Part shown: piece after piece, positions 26,952-38,260 of the stretch
Position numbering within the stretch: position 1 is the stretch's first letter
How the letters are laid out: the number at the start of each line of letters is the position of its first letter
Origin: Trichoplax sp. H2
Lineage: Eukaryota
Assembly: GCA_003344405.1 (NCBI GenBank)
Contig: NOWV01000030.1
Span: forward strand, 62,001 to 126,000
Direction of reading: 5' to 3'
DNA: 64,000 bases
Notes under the pieces: model-generated
Database searches by the model: none
The model's input: only the letters and a program-made list of their open reading frames with translations
What the model was told of the DNA's origin: nothing
Program-made: the position numbers and the translations under genes

Positions 26952-28129
26952 GCGTGCTATCGAAAGAAAGAAGGTAGAGAATGGCTCTGTGCCATTGAAT
27001 ATAAATACCAGTAAGTACAAAAACTGATGAATATATCAAACATTGGTCTGTACTTTCCTTAAATAAACTGACAAAAATGGGCGCAGCGAAAAACTAGTTC
27101 GAGTTCGATTAGCAAACTTTGAAAGTAAAATTTTCTTTCTTTCAATAAAATTGACAAAAATCGGCGTGGCTAAAACGAGCTCGATTAGCAAAACTTTGAA
27201 AGAAAAATGTTCTTTCTTTCAATCAATTGACAAAAATCGGCGTGACTAAAACGAGCTTGAGTACGATTAGCAAACTTGGAAAGTTGAATGTTCTTTCTTT
27301 CAATCAATTGACAAAAATCGGCGTGACTAAAACGAGCTCGAGTACGATTAGCAAACTTGGAAAGTTGAATGTTCTTTCTTTCAATCAATGGACAAAAATC
27401 GGCGTGACTAAAACGAGCTCGAGTACCATTAGCAAAACTTTGAAAGAAAAATGTTCTTTCTTTCAATAAACTGACAAAAATCGGCGTTGCTAAAACGAGT
27501 TCGAGTACGATTAACAAACTTTGAAAGTAAAAAATGTTTTCAACTGCATGACAATTCCCCCAATGGTAGATCCTGGACATCAGCATACTACTAATCATGA
27601 TGATATCAANNNNNNNNNNNNNNNNNNNNCGTGCTATCGAAAGAAAGAAGGTAGAGAATGGCTCTGTGCCATTGAATATAAATACCAGTAAGTACAAAAA
27701 CTGATGAATATATCAAACATTGGTCTGTACTTTCCTTAAATAAACTGACAAAAATGGGCGCAGCGAAAAACTAGTTCGAGTTCGATTAGCAAACTTTGAA
27801 AGTAAAATTTTCTTTCTTTCAATAAAATTGACAAAAATCGGCGTGGCTAAAACGAGCTCGAGTACGATTAGCAAACTTGGAAAGTTGAATGTTCTTTCTT
27901 TCAATCAATTGACAAAAATCGGCGTGACTAAAACGAGCTCGAGTACGATTAGCAAACTTGGAAAGTTGAATGTTCTTTCTTTCAATAAACTGACAAAAAT
28001 CGGCGTTGCTAAAACGAGTTCGAGTACGATTTAACAAACTTTGAAAGTAAAAAATGTTTTCAACTGCATGACAATTCCCCCAATGGTAGATCCTGGACAT
28101 CAGCATACTACTAATCATGATGATATCAA
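26952..28129. repeat. 81-bp VNTR plus flanks, present twice across an N gap (6 units left, 4 units right)
   Basis: Unit tgacaaaaatcggcgtgactaaaacgagctcgagtacgattagcaaacttggaaagttgaatgttctttctttcaatcaat. The flanks cgtgctatcgaaagaaag... and ...catgatgatatcaa are identical in 26952-27609 and 27630-28129; the gap is 27610-27629. Confidence 0.95.
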
Positions 28130-28199
28130 CTGCAATACCAATTACTCCTTTCACCCTATTATCAATATAGTATTCAATACTCAACAAATTCGATCAATT

Positions 28200-29140
28200 A
28201 GGATGCTGACTACTGTTTTAATTGATCAAATGGTGATGACTTCGTTCTGCTGTATTGTAGTTATTTCAGTAGTAGTATAAAGCTTATCGTACAAAAATAG
28301 AGGTATCGAAAATGGAAACTTCTCGCAATAGTGAAGGCACCTCTGGATTGAAAGCAACTACTTGGCAGTTGAAATTGGAGCACGTCTAACTTGACTACAG
28401 ACTAAAATACTGTACATAATTTTATTGTTAGTAAATTAGCAAGGCCAGACTTTACCCTATAGGTCAATCAATGAATACTACTGACTGTATTGAGAATTGA
28501 GCAATGCAAATACTTGCATCTTGAAGTCTTTCAATGGAGTCCTTTTATTTACAATACGCTTGCAAACATTTCGTCAAGAAAAGAATCATGCAATGTTAAC
28601 AGGTCATGTTCAATATTATAGTTATATACAGAAAAAGGGAAAGTGTATTCCATCGAAAGGTTGCTCGAACACAATCATGTACATAATCGTCCTAATGTAG
28701 CAATAAATTGACGACTGTAACAAAAAAGGTCAATTGGTAAACACTTACGGTTATGCAAAACTCTCGATTGAATTATTTTGTACACCAATAGTTACTACGG
28801 TCGAATAATATCAAATATTCTACTTAACCAACTTCCTACTGCATAAATTTCAACACTAACCATTAGCCATGTTAATCCATATTTCTACACAAAGTACATC
28901 TAATATACATTTACGCGTACATGTTATAGCTATTGAACTGGCAACTATTCAACGAATTGCAATACAATTTTATAGACATTCATCCTGCAATACTTGTATG
29001 GGGTGATTTGATAAAAAAAAATAATAATTATGATAGAATAGAGGTAAATAGGGTTCATTTGTCAGCATGGCATACAATCAAGATTCCAACGTTAGCAAAA
29101 AGCCCATATAATACTCTACTCCAAAGGAAGATAGCTCTAC
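28200..29140 (-). pseudogene. Decayed rhodopsin-class GPCR relic downstream of PHF10
   Basis: VELSSFGV frameshifts into LYGLFANVGILIVC (TM1 with GxxxN, about 29112-29071), then YHNYYFFLS (TM2 start) and VVTIGVQNNSIESF (TM3-end-like, about 28800-28757). The 3' extent is a guess. Confidence 0.35.
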
Positions 29141-29254
29141 ACGTTATTCTATGCATTGAGCAGAATCTTCAATTCTCTTTTTGATAGCATACGCGTAGAT
29201 GATTGCATTGGCCATCAGGGTAGATAGGATGATGAAGACTACATCGATTCTGAA

Positions 29255-30712
29255 CTATTTTCTTTTCTTACTTGGTGCCATTTGGTAACTATTGGCATTT
29301 TTATTGCCAGAATGTTGTGTACAACTAGGGCAGATCCAGTTACCAGATGGAATGCTATCCAGTCCGACGCAAAATGTATGATAGCCTCGATCACAACGAT
29401 CGCAAAACATCATCTTATCCTCGTCATAAGGATCGCTGCATGCTGTGCACGTTTTGCAATCCATGCATTGCCAATGGTAGGTTTGAATGACCTTGACCAT
29501 TTCAGGCGTTAATTCAAGGCACGTTGGATGTGTTAAGCTGCCACATTGTGAACATTTAATCAATTCTTCAATCTCGCCTAAATCATTGACATATTCGCTA
29601 GCAAAGCATACCCCGCAAGAATTGGTTGATACTGTTTTATTGGCAGCTAGCTTTCCTCTGGCGTTGCCGATGTGATCACTACTGGAGTTACGACTAAGAC
29701 CATTTTGACTGGTTTTGAGAGGTGTGTGGATCAATTCTTGTGGCTGATTACGAGATCGATCACTATCCATCGTTTTATTGCTATAATTGGACGCAGCAGA
29801 GAAGGTCTGGTTGCTATCCTCTTCATGATTGGATTCAGTTGAATTATGGTCAGGATGGGAGTTAGTATTGGGATCAAATGGTAGTTTTAAGACAGTTTTG
29901 ACAGGCATAGCTTTGAGTTGTTCAGGTGTATATCGATAGAAAGAGTCAGAATATTGGCCAGAAAGAATAGCAACAGGATAGCCACCTTTTCGAGTGTAAT
30001 CGGGATGTAGTCTTAACGTTGTGTTGGCGGGTACATGAACTCGCTGTGTTTGTATATCGAAATAGCAACCACGTTCTTCTCGACGCTCCTTAGCTAATTG
30101 ACTATTAAATTCAGCAGCATGATAGACTGCTTCATTAAAAATAACTTGCTGTTTGCTGAGATTACTTAAATTATTAGCCGATGACGTTTGACGTCGTGGT
30201 TTCTCTGCCGCCCGACTGGAAGACATGGGTGCAGCAATTTTGCTGGATTTTGCATATTCTCGATATCGATCTGGATATTCATTTTGCATCACTTCAATAA
30301 GCTTAAAATTACATTGGATAGCAACTATTTTAGCAAGAGGTTTATTGTCTAATAATCCAATCTCTCTGAGATGTTGGCGTTCTTTAAGGCCAATTCGACG
30401 TCGATTTAAGGATAAATAGCGCTGATGAAAAGTAGGTTCATCTAGAAATCGGCTTAACAACGATTGCAATGCATAGTAATTGCCACTGGATGGTGGCCAT
30501 TGATACTCAAAGAAAGGTAATTTTACTTTACGATTGCTTTTTTTAGCTTCTTTCCTACTGGCTTTGCGATTAGCCTTTCCATGCATCGTCGTTGTATTTT
30601 GATTGCTGGTTGTCTTGTCGCTCGATCGCTGAGACGATGCTAGGTCGGCTTTCTTCTTGGCAAGGACTTTATTGCGGTTTTTCCGACTGGATTTTCGGTA
30701 GGAGAGTGTCAT
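29255..30712 (-). CDS. PHF10: PHD finger protein 10 (BAF45a), PBAF subunit; single exon
   Basis: Uninterrupted ORF, first ATG at 30712. SAY-domain-like EYQWPP...YYALQ...AAEFNSQLAKERREER.CYFDIQTQ...YPVAILSGQY and a C-terminal double PHD finger (CGVC...HPTCL...WQCMDCKTCTAC...FCDRCDRGYHTFCVGL...WICPSC). Confidence 0.95.
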   Translation of the reverse strand: MTLSYRKSSRKNRNKVLAKKKADLASSQRSSDKTTSNQNTTTMHGKANRKASRKEAKKSNRKVKLPFFEYQWPPSSGNYYALQSLLSRFLDEPTFHQRYLSLNRRRIGLKERQHLREIGLLDNKPLAKIVAIQCNFKLIEVMQNEYPDRYREYAKSSKIAAPMSSSRAAEKPRRQTSSANNLSNLSKQQVIFNEAVYHAAEFNSQLAKERREERGCYFDIQTQRVHVPANTTLRLHPDYTRKGGYPVAILSGQYSDSFYRYTPEQLKAMPVKTVLKLPFDPNTNSHPDHNSTESNHEEDSNQTFSAASNYSNKTMDSDRSRNQPQELIHTPLKTSQNGLSRNSSSDHIGNARGKLAANKTVSTNSCGVCFASEYVNDLGEIEELIKCSQCGSLTHPTCLELTPEMVKVIQTYHWQCMDCKTCTACSDPYDEDKMMFCDRCDRGYHTFCVGLDSIPSGNWICPSCTQHSGNKNANSYQMAPSKKRK

Positions 30713-31766
30713 TATCAAGCTATGCACAGTATTGAGTCAATTCTTGACACAATAGAGAGATGAAAGAGTCAAGTGATGAATAAGGAAAGGAATACAACTG
30801 GTTTCTCCTCGACTTTTAGCCTTGCTTCTGCTTTAAATGAAGGATTTGCAGTCATCGAAAGCCTTCCAACTCCACTCAGGGCTAAGGCTAGTGTCTGCTC
30901 TTTTTGGGCGACTCGACTACTTGCACGCTATGATTGTCTACACCCTGGTCAAAAGCTACTGCTTGGCAGGGGTATACGGTACCCATTACTGGGGGACCTT
31001 CGTCGTGGACTCATGGTCCATCAGCAGAGTGCCGTCATTCCGTCAGTCGGTGCACTCGCGGAATGGACAGAGTTGCCTCCATTTCCATCATGTTGATATA
31101 CAAACTAGTGGATGGTAAAAGAAGCGTGTTTTAGCCTTGTTGTAGTCGGTGTACAGGCTAGCCATTGGACTCCGACAACAACAACAAGACTAAAGCAGCT
31201 CGCTGTAAACTTTGCAACCGATCTATTTACTGTAGAAATGAACCCAGGTCATGGATTTGTCTAGTGTGACTGTGTACTTGAGGTCGATCCCTTTGCAGTG
31301 AGAGTCCGCGTATTTTAAACGCTATGAGCAATAAGCACCTGATTGAATCCTATTCCTATTTCAATCTTACAATTCCGTGTTAGAACAAGCACTGCTAGAT
31401 GAAGGAATTCTTGGTGTACCATGTTGTAAACACCTGTATATTTTGGACATTTCCGGCTGGCCGGTGGTCGTCCAAAAGCAAAAGCATACAGGGACAGTCC
31501 GACGATTTAGTAGTACTACTCTGGACCTACAGTCCAGTAGACAACAACTGTCCTACAGTACACGCCTGTCAGTGCACGGTACATTGCACAAGTGCTCCAT
31601 GCAGTACTTTTACTAGTAGAATGCGAACTCCAATTTGCTGCATCAATGGATCATCCATTGGATCGTGGTAAAAAATGGAAAGGAACGAGGTCTAAACAAA
31701 TTGATTTTTCCTGCACTTTGGATAGGGTTGGAAAGGGAGGCTTGCAAGATCAATCCATCGATCTAT

Positions 31767-32291
31767 CTGTCTGTCCTGTAGCATAGCGTGCATGCGCAGT
31801 ATGCAGTGTACGCTGCCTACGGGTACGGTACGCAGAGGTACCGCAACGGTACTGGTATTACACTCATGTCGAAGTGCAGTACTCACTCACTATGGTAGCC
31901 AATGGTTGCAAGAGTCTGTGGTTTAGTACACTAGTCGTCAACCTATGCATTCGTATAGGAAGATCAGGGTGGATGCAGTGTTGACTCCAAGCTTGCGCTA
32001 GAAATCCTATTGACAACCATGACAAGATCGTTCCGTCTGTCTGTCTATCCCACACTACAGCGTGCATGCGCAATATGAAGTAGACGCTGCCTACAGGTAC
32101 GGTACGCAGAGGTACCGCAACGGTACTGGTATTACACTCATGTCGAAGTACAGCTCTCAGTCACTATGGTAGCCAATGGTTGCAAGAGTATGTAGTTTAG
32201 TACACTAGTCGTCAACCTATGCATTCGTATAGGGAGATCAGGGTGGATGCAGTGTTGACTCCAAGCTTGCGCTAGAAATCCTATTGACAAC
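31767..32291. repeat. Tandem duplication (about 274-bp period) of promoter sequence upstream of TMEM222
   Basis: gcgtgcatgcgca...ggtacggtacgcagaggtaccgcaacgg...ggtagccaatggttgc...agaaatcctattgacaac occurs at about 31786 and 32060. Confidence 0.93.
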
Positions 32292-32381
32292 AATCGACGG
32301 CAGCCATTGCCAATCCACCAAATCAATCTTGGAATTAAACCATCGCTGGAGAACCAGTTGGAATTATTACAACATCGTTAT

Positions 32382-34427
32382 ATGGAAACTGAAACCTTGA
32401 CTGTAGTCATGCCTAATCGTCAAGACTTTGAAAAATTAGATATTAGCAAGAGTCGCTTTCCATATTGTATCGTTTGGACACCTATCCCCTTGTTGACGTA
32501 AGTCTTGCCAATGGAGGAGACGATGGATATCAATATCCATCAACACTGATGACAATCCCCTTGTTGAGTAAGAGGGAAATAATGCGTTCTACAAGTGAAC
32601 CAATAGACAATCCATTCGGTTATTTGAATTAGGAGAAGATGATATAGCGTCAATGGTAGTTTAAGTCTAGGCAGAAATTGCATCAAGTCCATTAGTCTAA
32701 TCCAATTGATCTCACAAATCGATTACGGTATCAAGTTAGGCCCAAAAGATGCGATAGGCTCCATCTTTGCACGAGTCGAGAGTGATCCAATAGTAAAATT
32801 GAATAAGGATAAAGCACCATGGGCCAAGATGGACACCATGATGAATAAATCATTCTTTTTTGTTGTTGTTATTATTCATTAAAGATCGAATGCAAACATC
32901 ATCAAATGATTCGTCATACTATACGAGTTATACGAGTACGGAGTACCTATTTGTAGGCCTAATGTTGCTATTGATGATGTTGTTTATACGCCGACTGCAC
33001 GCGTAGTACTATTTTCATAGCGTCAATAAAATAACCCCAGTTGTAATCTTTATCCTTGCTCTTTCTCATCAATAATAAGTAAAGTCGATGACGCTACACG
33101 TATGACTACCAGCCTAATGTTTTAACTTCTTTCGCCATGCAATTTGTAGATGGCTCTTTCCCTTCATTGGTCATATGGGAATTGCTGTATCATCTGGAGT
33201 GATTCGAGATTTTGCTGGACCATACTACGTTTCTGTAAGTTGAATCCACTCCATCGTCCACCATGGATAATAGTTTACATGAATTGCTTTAAACAAGATT
33301 CATCCATAAAATACTAGGACTAGAAAGTAAACCATTGCACGAACTAAAAAATGCGCATATCCATTTTTTATAAAGATTTGCATAATCATCCAATCGATCG
33401 ACTAACGATAATGCACACCTAAATACCAACCTATCTCTAATATAGTCTATTATAATTATTGAAATGATAGGAAGATAACATGGCCTTTGGTAAACCGACT
33501 AAGTAAGTTGCGATGCTCTGTAAAGGTAAAATGCTGCCTCACGCATCATAAGCATTCAACGATGGTACATCTATTTTCATTTAGATATTGGCGATTGAAG
33601 CCGACTAGTGTTGCCCACGCCCATAACAACTGGGATAAAGCAATAGCGATTGCATCAGAGGAATATGGCCGTAGAATGGTAAGGAATGACCATCTGTAAC
33701 TCTACATTTTTAAAAATTATACACAGTATGATTTTAAATTCAAAAAGAAAATGAAATCGATTTGATCGTATACATAAACAATAGTACAACTTATTGATTT
33801 ATTTCTATCTTAATTCTGTAATTCTGATTATAACTATCATATAGCACAATCTATGTTGTGATAACTGTCATTCCCATGTTGCAATGGCCTTAAATCTAAT
33901 GGAATATAATGGATCACAGAACTGGAACATGGTTAAATTAGCTTTTTTTATGCTTGTTTATGGCAAGTATGTTAGGTAAGCTATTGTCGAATTAAAATAT
34001 TAATCGGATACAGCCTGTGTACAGACTAGCTAATAAGAGTAGAATGAATTTCACATTGCGTGCTTACATCGCCTTTGGTGAAATTCAGTTGTTGCACGCT
34101 ATCGACGATCTTATCTGCTAATAAACGTCTGCATTACATATACTCAGTGTATACTCAAGTCTACGTTATATTATAATACCATCACCAAATAGTCTTAGTT
34201 TATGCGATACTAGCAATGAACTAATTATATATATATTATATACGAGTATATATGAGAAGAAAAGTAAACTTTAAGCAAATTAACCATGTATTGTGTTTAT
34301 GACGTATGCGCCTGTTTATAACCATCTCAGCGTTGGAGGATTCTTGAAAACATGGCTACCGTTCCTAATCTTTGCTTCAATCATTACGACGATTGTCCTT
34401 TGTGTCAAGTTTCTAGCTCCACAATAA
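32382..34427 (+). CDS. TMEM222: Transmembrane protein 222 (RTE1/DUF778 family), 6 exons
   Basis: In-frame GT-AG exons give RFPYCIVWTPIPLLT|WLFPFIGHMGIAVSSGVIRDFAGPYYVS|EDNMAFGKPTK|YW...WDKAI.IASEEY.RRM|HNLCCDNCHSHVAMALN...WNMVKL|...GGFLKTWLPF. The start may be 32382 or 32409. Confidence 0.95.
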
Positions 34428-35519
34428 TGTCGCATCGACAGCATGTAATAGAATAAAAGATCTGTAATGACAGTTTGGCTAATAATATCTTAGAGTTACG
34501 ATCGAAGGTACTCTATTATCATGGTTTGATGTGACTAATGTTATGATATTTAAAGCATGAACACTGTACAGCTTGTTAAAATGATTTTACTCGTCACTGT
34601 AAAGGCTCGATTGTATTTGTTCAACAAACTACGATCTCAAGTATAGCAGTTCGAAATTTTATGATTGCTAATTGTATGTTTCGATCAAAGTTAATTATAC
34701 CTTCTATAGCTTTATCTCAAATTGTAATGTATTCCTCTATAATTCATAGCATAATACATGTACATGTCGTCATGCACAATTTCGCGATTCATCAAATACC
34801 GCATAGTAGTCTATATCAAAACCTAACGACTATAAAAGATTAACAAGTACAATTTACAATTAGTTCTCAGTCAATTTGATAATCTATTTAAAACGCTCGC
34901 ATTTTATTGTTCAAGTCAAATTTTCTATTTCACATTTTAATCCATAAAATCATAGTGTATTACATCGAAATGCAAATGGAAATAAAATGTTTTTGGGCTT
35001 AATACCAAAATATATGTATGACTACTTATTCTATGTAGCATTAACATAAGCATTTATCTAGATTTGGAATATTTGTCTACCTGAAAATATGTATTACTAT
35101 TGACAGTAACGGCGCAATACTAAGAGCAATTGCATTTATTGCCAGTTTACTTACCCATTCATAGGTAGACAGTTAGCTATACTTAAACAACTAAATAATT
35201 TTCACATAAAATACGTATTTGCAAAATGATCATTTCAATTTTGTTAGAGCAACAGTTATGCCATAGACTGAAATAATATCGTAACATCGATTCTAAAAAT
35301 TGAACGTACGGCCATACCGTACGTTCCTTGCACAACTACTGTAGAACTACTGTTCGCTTAATCTGCCTATACTATAGCTAGTAAAATCCGATAAATGTAT
35401 GATCTGAAATAAATAACTGAGATATATCGCAGCGCATTTCTTGAACTGATGTGCAATTAATAATGAATACATGTACTAAGTTGCGAACAGATTGGTGTAA
35501 TGTATAAAGCCAATTCTTT

Positions 35520-37303
35520 TTAAACTTTGACTTCGCCTGATTTATCATCCACAACATCAGCCTGTAATTCATCATCGGATTCATCGGAATGATCACTATT
35601 ATTTTTCATACTAAACTTTGCAACAGCTTCTCTGACATCCTCTGGAATATCTGATTTCTCTTTCTTGCTAGAATCATCATTTCCCGTTAAATTACACTTT
35701 TCCTGTGAAATGTCTACTTTTTCTGATTCTGAATGGCAAAGATAGTTATTTTTTACTAAGCTCTCTTTGACAACTTCAGGAAAATTTAGCTCTGATATCA
35801 TTTCCAGTTTGGAAGGTCCTAAAGACCGACGGATATTAATTTTGCACATCTGACTAAGCGGCATTGGGGAGCCTATTAACAGAATTAGCTCAATTAAGGT
35901 CAATGCCTTAAAGCAGTACTGATCTCATAGCATTGTCATTATTGATGTTAAAACTACTATTATCTATCCAAATTAAATTTAAAATGAACTTACCATTAAC
36001 TGATTGTACAATATTTTTCAAGAATGCAAATCTTTTTAAGTGTTCTCTAGTAGCGAATGGTCGATTATATTGTTGATCGACTAAATCTATCACCGTACTA
36101 CCAGCATTATCGGGTACATTCACAGGTGCACCATATGAAAGCAACATTTGTACTAAGTCTTCACATTCTTGGCCGCTAGCAATAACTACGCAGAAAAATA
36201 AATAAGCACATGTTATACGGGGATGTTAAGATAATTACTGTAGATGTAATATCTTTGTAAAGGCTTTAAAATTGTTGGCAAAAGTAAATGTTATGATATA
36301 CATTAATATGACGATAGATAATGAGTCAACTAGGTCAGCATAAAATCAAAATTTTAAAAAAATACAAATTAACAGATCATTAGAAAAAGAATTGATGGAG
36401 CCATCCAAAAATTAAAATACGTACTTTCATGCAATGGTGTCCGTCCAGTACTATTCTTAATAGCAACATCAGCACCAGCATCCAATAACATTTGTACGCA
36501 TTCCAAATTTAGACATTTACAACATGCATGCAACGGAGATTCTGCTTGAACTTTACTAACAATGTTACCAGCAGCCCCATGATCAATTAGTAATCGAAGT
36601 AAATCAGCACTGCCTTTCTGTGCTGCTAGAAGCAATGGTGTCTGTCCCCAAGATTCAACTGCATTAATATCAGCACCAAACTTTAATAGCAACCTTGCGC
36701 AATCGGATTTCTCAAAATAGGCAGCATTATGTAGCGGAGTACAACCAAACCTGCAATAAAGGTAAATACGCGTATAATGATTACGACTACTGCTATTAGT
36801 AGGCAGCCGAAAAAATAGCATTGACTTAGACGTTCTGATCTGTAGACCTTGTTATTTGTTGTTCTACAGTACCTTGTTCGTGCATCTACTTTACATCCAT
36901 TATTTAAAAGTACTTCAACACATGATGCTCGTCCGTGATAAACAGCTAAATGCAAGGGGGATAATCCATTTACTTCCTTAGCGTTAGGGTTAGCACCTAT
37001 GCAAGATAATATGAAAGGAATAGAAATAAATACATTCCAATTATATGGTTGATCAAATGAAATTAGTCGAAGAAACTATTTCTTGATAGCAGTTGACACA
37101 ATACTTAGCGCAAATAATTTACCTGCTTGAAGCAATATCTTCACACAATCAGCACCGCCAGAACTTGCAGCTAAATGTAACGGAGTTCGCTTAGTTTCTG
37201 GTTCATGGATATTAGCAGAAATTTTTTTATCAAACAGTAGCCACTTTAGATCGTCTTCACGTCCTTCGCGTGCTGCGTATATTAAAGATTGTTTGCAACC
37301 CAT
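35520..37303 (-). CDS. Ankyrin repeat and SOCS box protein (ASB family), 5 exons
   Basis: Several TPLH/SPLH ankyrin repeats over four exons. The last exon carries a SOCS box (PMPLSQMCKINIRRSLG...ISELNFPEVVKESL) and an acidic tail. Confidence 0.9.
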
Positions 37304-37549
37304 TGATTTATCTGATGAGGATCAATATTTTTAAGAGTATCAGTAATACTGTAATATCAAATTACGTAGTCAAATCAAGTTCTACTATATTCACTCTACA
37401 CGAGTACATAGAGGGATGAATTTATGTTATTACAATCCATAAGAAAATTGATACGTTATTCTTAAACGTTCTCTAAGGCTAGTGAAGTATATATATATAC
37501 ACTGTACGTATATTGCATTATTTTTATCTCTATTTCGAACATATGTTGG

Positions 37550-38260
37550 ATTTAATTGATAATCAATTTATCATCATATGACTGAGAATCCTTCATTTTA
37601 CTATTTCTCCTTTTTTTATACTGCAATTTGTAAGGAAATATCTTAAAAATGTCAATTCACCACCGCTAGGAACAAGGTTAAGATATCGCATTAAAAATTA
37701 AATGAATTAATTAAAGAGCTACGTCATATTTAAACGGTCTTGCATGTAATTGTATGACTTTATTGTACTGTACTATATGAAAAATAAATTGGCATATTAC
37801 CCAATATTGCCTTATCTAAATACTTAAAAAACACTAGAATTGTGTAGGTATACTACGATACTCTCATTGACGTAAACAGTGTGCTGTGCCAATGTCTACC
37901 ATTCCACTATTGTCAACACTATTTTTGCCTGTTAACATTGAAGAACACAGGAACACAAATATACTGTAGAACTATAAACTGACGTAATCACGTCTAATAT
38001 TAGTTAATATGTCCACCATGTTTTAGTTTAAAAGGTAATGCAAGCTTCTTTCGCCAATAGAAATAGATCGGTTACTGGTAATGAGATGATAACATCATTT
38101 CAAATGAGGGCAAAATATCTAAAATATCTATCTTTGACATTTCATTGGGATATTAGTAATATGGAATCAACAGCCAACCGTATTCCAACGCCGTATGTCA
38201 TGAATACTGTATACGTCATGATGAAGGTATACGAGACCATGGTATAAAAAAACCCTCTGC
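37550..38260 (-). pseudogene. Decayed rhodopsin-class GPCR relic upstream of the ASB gene
   Basis: One frame gives YTFIMTYTVFMTYGVGIRLAVDSILLI (TM1-like), a stop, then NDVIISLPVTDLFLL (TM2 SLAVTDL-like, about 38099-38055). TCA AT GAG AG TAT CGT AGT ATA near 37870-37850 reads S-x-E-R-Y-R-S-I if two 1-nt deletions are allowed. Confidence 0.45.

Noticed and set aside
27185..28187. ORFs with 27-aa repeats
   Set aside because: A by-product of the 81-bp unit being a multiple of 3; open on both strands, and one spans an N gap.
30773..31786. Several 60-107 aa ORFs between PHF10 and TMEM222
   Set aside because: GC-richer promoter/UTR sequence with mostly non-ATG starts and no homology cues.
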